Virus record (IMG/VR): IMGVR_UViG_3300032073_000002
Length of the DNA stretch: 20,000 nucleotides
Strand: one strand, 5' to 3'
Source of the DNA: an uncultured virus (IMG/VR IMGVR_UViG_3300032073_000002)
Taxonomy: Duplodnaviria; Heunggongvirae; Uroviricota; Caudoviricetes
The translations under genes and the position numbers were made by a program. The notes under the pieces were generated by a model. The model was not told where the DNA came from, did not search any database, and was given only the letters and a program-made list of their open reading frames with translations. Below are positions 15,782-20,000 of this stretch, in pieces (position 1 is the stretch's first letter; the number at the start of each line of letters is the position of its first letter).

Positions 15782-16018
15782 CTACTTGTTAAAGAAACCT
15801 GTAATGGTTCCTTGTGCTGATGAACCCCTGTTTATCATTTTCAAACCAGTTGCTTCCGCTTCTAGCTTTTCTTTGAGAGGTTGGGATATTAACCTCTTTG
15901 CTGATTCGGGTTCTACTTTGTTATCATCACAAACTTTTATGATTGCTCCCATAACATCCGTTTTACCACCTATCAATAGTTTTTCAACTTGTTCTGTAAA
16001 TTCTTTTTTACTAATCAC
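15782..16018 (-). CDS. gp33: Late promoter transcription coactivator gp33
   Basis: 'KEF...VEKL......MGAIIKVCDDNKVEPES.KRLISQPLKEKLEAEA..LKMI' and its position upstream of gp59. Confidence 0.88.
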   Translation of the reverse strand: MISKKEFTEQVEKLLIGGKTDVMGAIIKVCDDNKVEPESAKRLISQPLKEKLEAEATGLKMINRGSSAQGTITGFFNK

Positions 16019-16020
16019 AT

Positions 16021-16686
16021 TTATACTCCATGTAAGTTTGAATACTGTTCTCTCAATTTATACAACTCGTCAACATATTCGCATGGGTCTGCAGAAAATA
16101 ATTGAAAGTTACCATTTTCAAGACTTACTATTGCAGTAATTTCTTCAATGGGTGTTCCTGTTAGTTCTTCTACCATGATTGCATATGCAGTCATCTGTAA
16201 GAACCAAGGTTTAGCCATATAATCTTCTTTGAATGAAGAAGATGTCTTAAAATCTATAATAGATAATGCATCTTCAAATATTCCAATGCAATCTACTCGT
16301 CCAGCCATTTGCAACTTGTTACTTAACATAGGTGCTTCTAAACATATCGGTACTATTTCATCTAGTACTGGTTGGACTCCTCTGAATCTATTCTCTTCTA
16401 TAAGGTCTTGGAATACTACTTCCTTTTCTTGCCTTAGATAGTCTTCTACGACTTGGTGGAATGATGTACCACGTTTGGCTGCACCAGTTGAAATACGATT
16501 GGCCTCTTCTTCACCAACTCGTTCTCTCCACAATTTGATATGTTCTCTATTGAGTAAACCGACAACCGTTGTTACACTTGGATAGTGAAATGATTCTTCT
16601 CCATCTGTGTAAAATCTTTTACCATTCTTCTGAACAGTTTTTAAATCTAAATGTTCTAGTTCCCACAGTTCTAATAATTTACTCAT
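16021..16686 (-). CDS. PD-(D/E)xK exonuclease (phage exonuclease family)
   Basis: 'YPSVTTV', 'WRERVGEEEANRIS..AAKRGT.FH', 'AGRVDCI', 'IIDFKTS' and 'Q.TAYA.M.EE'. Confidence 0.88.
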   Translation of the reverse strand: MSKLLELWELEHLDLKTVQKNGKRFYTDGEESFHYPSVTTVVGLLNREHIKLWRERVGEEEANRISTGAAKRGTSFHQVVEDYLRQEKEVVFQDLIEENRFRGVQPVLDEIVPICLEAPMLSNKLQMAGRVDCIGIFEDALSIIDFKTSSSFKEDYMAKPWFLQMTAYAIMVEELTGTPIEEITAIVSLENGNFQLFSADPCEYVDELYKLREQYSNLHGV

Positions 16687-16695
16687 AAGTCTATT

Positions 16696-17004
16696 CTACT
16701 TCTTTCTTGATTGAATGTCTAGATGCTTTTTAACTATTTCTTTAGTCTTAACTTCTTTGGTTCCACGTTGTCTATGTCTGTCCATAGGTGAGCCTGGGTT
16801 TGCAGAAGAAATTTTATTGAGGACTTCTTTGAATCCATCATCTGTTTTTACTCTATCTCCATGTCCACCTACGGTCATGGGAGCGTCAAGTATTACTTGT
16901 TTTAGATGTGGGTTGTTTTCTTTGAATTGGTCAAGTTTTGTATAAGACATATTATGCTCTTCTACTTCACCAGTTTCATTATTTAAAAAATCATATAGAG
17001 GCAT
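16696..17004 (-). CDS. FmdB-like small protein (zinc-ribbon-related, Cys-free)
   Basis: 'MPLYDFLNNETGEVEE..MS...LDQFKENNPHL.Q' and 'DDGFKEVL.KI' resemble a conserved T4-like hypothetical family. Confidence 0.6.
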   Translation of the reverse strand: MPLYDFLNNETGEVEEHNMSYTKLDQFKENNPHLKQVILDAPMTVGGHGDRVKTDDGFKEVLNKISSANPGSPMDRHRQRGTKEVKTKEIVKKHLDIQSRKK

Positions 17005-17527
17005 TCATAAACTCGGGTGTTGGTCTTGCAGTCCATACTGCAAAATCTTTTTTGTATTTGTTATAGTATTTATGGTAACCATCTATACTCGATTTCATTT
17101 TGACATCGTCTGGCATACACTGAGGTGGTTCTCTCCATGCACAGAGGTCAATATTGTTCGGTAACTGGTTTAGTAAATCTAGTAGTTTTGTCTCTGTTAA
17201 ATGGGCCCTGGCATAACGATAGGTGTATTCCTTACATAACGCTGCAAATAGGTCATATACGAATTGATAGTGTACTGCATTCTCTCTAGTCCATATTGCA
17301 GACGGATGATTGACGTGTGAAGCCTTGTATAAATTGTCCATATCACCTTCAAGTCTCCATCTTTGAATTCTACGTCCACTTGAATCGTCAATATAATGTT
17401 TACCATCTAACATTCTATGTGCAGTTGATAAAAGCTGAGCATATTCTATAATCATTTTGACCACATGTTTGTCACAATGCAATTCTGCAGCGACTTCGGG
17501 TTCTTCATGTAAATAGAATATGTTCAT
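16991..17527 (-). CDS. Pyrimidine-dimer DNA glycosylase / endonuclease V-like protein
   Basis: 'MNIFYL......AAELHCDKHVVKMIIEYAQLLSTAHR', 'LYKASH.NHPSAIW.R', 'EYTYRY...H' and 'PPQCMPD' match the Pyr_excise/DenV-related family. Confidence 0.8.
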   Translation of the reverse strand: MNIFYLHEEPEVAAELHCDKHVVKMIIEYAQLLSTAHRMLDGKHYIDDSSGRRIQRWRLEGDMDNLYKASHVNHPSAIWTRENAVHYQFVYDLFAALCKEYTYRYARAHLTETKLLDLLNQLPNNIDLCAWREPPQCMPDDVKMKSSIDGYHKYYNKYKKDFAVWTARPTPEFMNASI

Positions 17528-17679
17528 TGTTTAATCTCCCTTAACCAATCTCTGTAAGGGACTGGATTGTCTGTTGTTGTTAAATACTTTTTGTATTCCT
17601 CTTTATTTTCTTTTGATTTTGTCATGGTATCAACCCAACCAGTGGATGAGTCTTGCCATCTTTTAGAATTCTCTGTCAT
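17524..17679 (-). CDS. Small hypothetical protein, 51 aa (not in the ORF track)
   Basis: MTENSKRWQDSSTGWVDTMTKSKENKEEYKKYLTTTDNPVPYRDWLREIKQ*. Its ATG overlaps the upstream gene's end and its TGA overlaps the downstream ATG (ATGA); it fills the gap exactly. Confidence 0.7.
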   Translation of the reverse strand: MTENSKRWQDSSTGWVDTMTKSKENKEEYKKYLTTTDNPVPYRDWLREIKQ

Positions 17680-18200
17680 TTATAAAATAAATGATTATTA
17701 ATAACTACAGTCTCATTCAATGAGTCTGCCCAATAAGGATTTACACTGTCACTATGGTAATGTGTGGCACCTTCAGTGATATCTTTGTACTCACCCCATG
17801 CAACTGCCTGTGCAACCTCGAGTGAAGCCAACCAAGTTGCACTATCTACAGGTTCGTCTGACTTACCATCACAAAACCATGAAAATTGACACATATTTCT
17901 AACTGGTACTGGATTACCTTGCCAGTTTGTTTTCCATTTGGACTGATAAATCACTCCACAAATATTATCGGGGTAATCTCGGTTTGCAACGCGATTCATC
18001 ACGACTTGTGCAACCGCTATTTTACCTGCCAGAGGCTGATTTCCAGCTTCGAAGTAAATATTTTTTGCCATACAGACATTTTCACCATTTGGGTCGGATG
18101 CAAAAGCCTTCTGAACGAAAATAACACCAATAAGGGTCAAAGTCATCAACCCCATGTGCATAGGAATGAACCATTTAGATTCTGAATTTGGTATTTTCAT
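17676..18200 (-). CDS. Cell wall hydrolase, SleB/Hydrolase_2 family, with N-terminal signal/TM segment
   Basis: 'CMAKNIYFEAGNQ...G.IAVAQVVMNRV....YP..IC.VIYQ', 'CQFSWFCDGKSD', 'DITEGATHYH...VNPYWA' and 'HLFY'. Confidence 0.92.
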   Translation of the reverse strand: MKIPNSESKWFIPMHMGLMTLTLIGVIFVQKAFASDPNGENVCMAKNIYFEAGNQPLAGKIAVAQVVMNRVANRDYPDNICGVIYQSKWKTNWQGNPVPVRNMCQFSWFCDGKSDEPVDSATWLASLEVAQAVAWGEYKDITEGATHYHSDSVNPYWADSLNETVVINNHLFYK

Positions 18201-18403
18201 GATTTATACTCCACCCAAGCCTTAAAAATTGTATTTGCTTGGTCTCTGTTAAAACCAAAGTTTTCTCTTAACCATCTTGGAGCTCCAAACATGTTAATTT
18301 CACCACTTTCTTGTAATAAGTCTAATTCGGGAAACCACTCAGCTGGTTCAAAAGGCAAATCTGCCCTACTTAACTGATTTTGGTTTAAATGATAATTACT
18401 CAT
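18197..18403 (-). CDS. Small hypothetical protein
   Basis: 'F.ELDLLQESG.INMFGAPRWL.E.FG.....A..IF..W' is a recurrent small phage protein pattern; GGAG SD; ATGA overlaps. Confidence 0.75.
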   Translation of the reverse strand: MSNYHLNQNQLSRADLPFEPAEWFPELDLLQESGEINMFGAPRWLRENFGFNRDQANTIFKAWVEYKS

Positions 18404-18639
18404 AATTGTTCTATCTCCTTCAGAGTGCTTTTTACGTCTGCATCTGATAAATAACCTATAACATCATTTGTTATATGTGTATTATAACACAATTCTCCTT
18501 CTTTGAGAACTGCCATTTCCCATAAACCGTCTTTACCGCCATATGAGTAGTCGTGTTTAACTACACTTGCACCATAACCGTTAGGAAATTCGTGTACAAC
18601 CTGTACACCATTGGCATATTCTTTAGTTTCTATAATCAT
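18400..18639 (-). CDS. Small hypothetical protein (start probably ATG 18639 rather than 18666)
   Basis: 'FPNGYGASVV.H.YSYGG..GLWE.AVL..GELCY.T.IT.DVIGYL' is a recurrent phage hypothetical pattern. Confidence 0.75.
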   Translation of the reverse strand: MIIETKEYANGVQVVHEFPNGYGASVVKHDYSYGGKDGLWEMAVLKEGELCYNTHITNDVIGYLSDADVKSTLKEIEQL

Positions 18640-18721
18640 CGTCATCATCCATAAGCATTTTGGCAACGGCTAAGCACATTACACACATAAACCCTACCAC
18701 TACTGTTAAACCTATATCCAT
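18623..18721 (-). CDS. Putative 32-aa single-pass membrane peptide (not in the ORF track)
   Basis: MDIGLTVVVGFMCVMCLAVAKMLMDDDDDYRN*. The ATG overlaps the upstream stop (TAATG) and the ORF fills the gap. Confidence 0.55.
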   Translation of the reverse strand: MDIGLTVVVGFMCVMCLAVAKMLMDDDDDYRN

Positions 18722-18933
18722 TAGTAACCGCTCGTTGTATGAGCATACTCATCTTCACAAGCTTCTTCACCACAGACACATATGTTCTCATCTAAATCCA
18801 ATTCACCTTGAAAAGGATTCATATCTTGAGCATTAGTTGTTCCATAAGTTGCAAGATTGTAAACATCATCTGCTGATAGTTTACCATCGGTACATGATGC
18901 AATTAGTTTTGCACTTTCGTAATCAAGCTGCAT
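18721..18933 (-). CDS. Small acidic hypothetical protein (start at ATG 18933)
   Basis: MQLDYESAKL...CVCGEEACEDEYAHTTSGY; GGAG SD upstream of ATG 18933; CxC-x4-C-x5-H may bind metal. Confidence 0.65.
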   Translation of the reverse strand: MQLDYESAKLIASCTDGKLSADDVYNLATYGTTNAQDMNPFQGELDLDENICVCGEEACEDEYAHTTSGY

Positions 18934-19315
18934 AATTTCTTTCTCCGTTCCAGTTCTCACCGTTTCTATTATAGTTGTCAACAATCATGTCAACAACATC
19001 ACCTGCCCAAAAGGACGTACCACCAATATTCCACTGACACTCTTCAGTAGGAATGTATCCATACTTCCAAGCATAAATGGTAACAGTCTCATACTCCCAA
19101 TCATCGTAATCAATCTCATCGACATTGTTTGCATCATACCACTTGGCATCAATAACCCACTCACATGACACTTTGTCATCGGGGTTAGCACTAGTAAATG
19201 TTGGGGGCCCCAACACTTCACACAACCTTGAATAGGTTGTAGTTTTATATCCCTTAAGGGATGTCCCGCCCGAACACATATCGGGGGAAAGGACTTCATA
19301 ATCTTTAATTATCAT
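18923..19315 (-). CDS. Hypothetical protein
   Basis: 130 aa; 'GTSLKGY..TTY..L.EVLGPPT.....DKV.CEW...TIYAWK......WNIGG' is a recurrent phage early-gene pattern; GAGG SD; ATGA overlap. Confidence 0.78.
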   Translation of the reverse strand: MIIKDYEVLSPDMCSGGTSLKGYKTTTYSRLCEVLGPPTFTSANPDDKVSCEWVIDAKWYDANNVDEIDYDDWEYETVTIYAWKYGYIPTEECQWNIGGTSFWAGDVVDMIVDNYNRNGENWNGERNYAA

Positions 19316-19665
19316 ATTGCATTTACCTCACTAATTAATTCTGTTACATCACCCACCCATGTAGGATTGTCGATTTCATCAGAACGAAAATCTCCTTCTT
19401 GCACTTCAATCGAAGTGATGTAATCGAATGACCCTCTCAGGCCATTGTACCTGTTGACATGTTTCATGACCAATGCAGCTGCACTAGCCTCAGTCAAACT
19501 AGGTGAATGGTAGTAAGAGTGTTCACCCTCACCATATGCGTTCTCCTCATACACGAGGGTCTCCACATCGAAACCGATGACATAATCCGACCCACCTTTG
19601 AACTTATGGAAGTTATCTCCATACTCTTCAAGATTTTGGGTGGTGATTACATATTGGTTTCTCAT
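19312..19665 (-). CDS. Hypothetical early protein
   Basis: 117 aa; 'VITTQ.LE.YG....KFKGGSDY'; AGGA SD; first gene after the sigma70-type promoter. Confidence 0.75.
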   Translation of the reverse strand: MRNQYVITTQNLEEYGDNFHKFKGGSDYVIGFDVETLVYEENAYGEGEHSYYHSPSLTEASAAALVMKHVNRYNGLRGSFDYITSIEVQEGDFRSDEIDNPTWVGDVTELISEVNAI

Positions 19666-19695
19666 AATTTTTTCCTATTAATTTATTACTCTACT

Positions 19696-19725
19696 AGTAT
19701 ATCAAAAAGCCAGAGCCATTGTCAA
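19696..19725 (-). promoter_or_regulatory. Sigma70-type early promoter
   Basis: The minus strand has TTGACA (19725-19720), an 18-nt spacer ending in TGA (extended -10 TGn), then TATACT (19701-19696), about 30 nt upstream of ATG 19665. Confidence 0.8.
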
Positions 19726-19965
19726 GGCATTCTTAATTAAGAATAGTAGACCTACTGCATTAAGTAATATCAATGCCCTATCGTTCCATAAGAATGATAC
19801 CCATAACCAAAGTGCAATTCCAATCATGGAAAGACCTAAGTCATAATGCGCCATACCATCGATACCTCTTAGAGACATCGCTGCAAGAACGAATACACAT
19901 GCCAACCACTTAACATACCAATCCGTGGTATGTTTTGGGGTTACACTTTTTTTTGAATATTTCAT
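19702..19965 (-). CDS. Small membrane protein (three hydrophobic segments)
   Basis: 'DWYVKWLACVFVLAAMSLR', 'DLGLSMIGIALWLWVSFLWNDRALILLNAVGLLFLI'. Confidence 0.72.
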   Translation of the reverse strand: MKYSKKSVTPKHTTDWYVKWLACVFVLAAMSLRGIDGMAHYDLGLSMIGIALWLWVSFLWNDRALILLNAVGLLFLIKNALTMALAF

Positions 19966-20000
19966 ATTAGATAATCCGGCCCGTATTTTCTCATGCCAGT
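19962..20000 (-). CDS. C-terminal end of a gene truncated by the window edge
   Basis: The minus strand reads ...TGMRKYGPDYLI* with TGA overlapping the next ATG (ATGA). Confidence 0.45.
   Translation of the reverse strand, partial: TGMRKYGPDYLI

Noticed and set aside
16021..16686. Cas4-like nuclease suggesting a CRISPR-Cas system
   Set aside because: It lacks the Cas4 Fe-S cysteine cluster, no repeat-spacer array or other cas genes were seen, and it matches a common T4-like exonuclease.
18934..18984. N-terminal extension of the 18721..18984 ORF given in the track
   Set aside because: It overlaps the upstream gene extensively; ATG 18933 has a good SD and is the more likely start.

Overview
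This AT-rich window comes from a T4-like myovirus genome, probably an aquatic lineage with cyanophage/pelagiphage-style gene order. Bases 1-12546 are the baseplate/tail module: gp25, gp5, a probable hub protein, gp53 and gp48 on the minus strand; gp4, gp2, gp54, gp26, a gp51-like frame, a holin-like membrane protein and a tape measure protein on the plus strand. A HAD phosphatase + KdsB-like cytidylyltransferase + ParB/Srx-like cassette is inserted between gp4 and gp2. Bases 12538-20000 are a minus-strand replication/early block: a small basic protein, ribosomal protein bS21, gp32, a Maf/sialyltransferase-like protein, gp59, gp33, a PD-(D/E)xK exonuclease, a DenV-like glycosylase, an SleB-like hydrolase and small hypothetical genes behind a sigma70-type promoter. 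The most notable observations are: (1) a T8 slippery site joining gp26 to a start-less gp51-like frame in the -1 frame, resembling the lambda G/GT tail-chaperone frameshift; (2) a ~160-nt four-hairpin structured RNA candidate directly upstream of the phage bS21 gene; (3) a possible CMP-ulosonic-acid activation/transfer pathway; (4) late promoters placed 5 nt from start codons, implying leaderless mRNAs. All family assignments are from motif recognition and synteny; no database searches were run.
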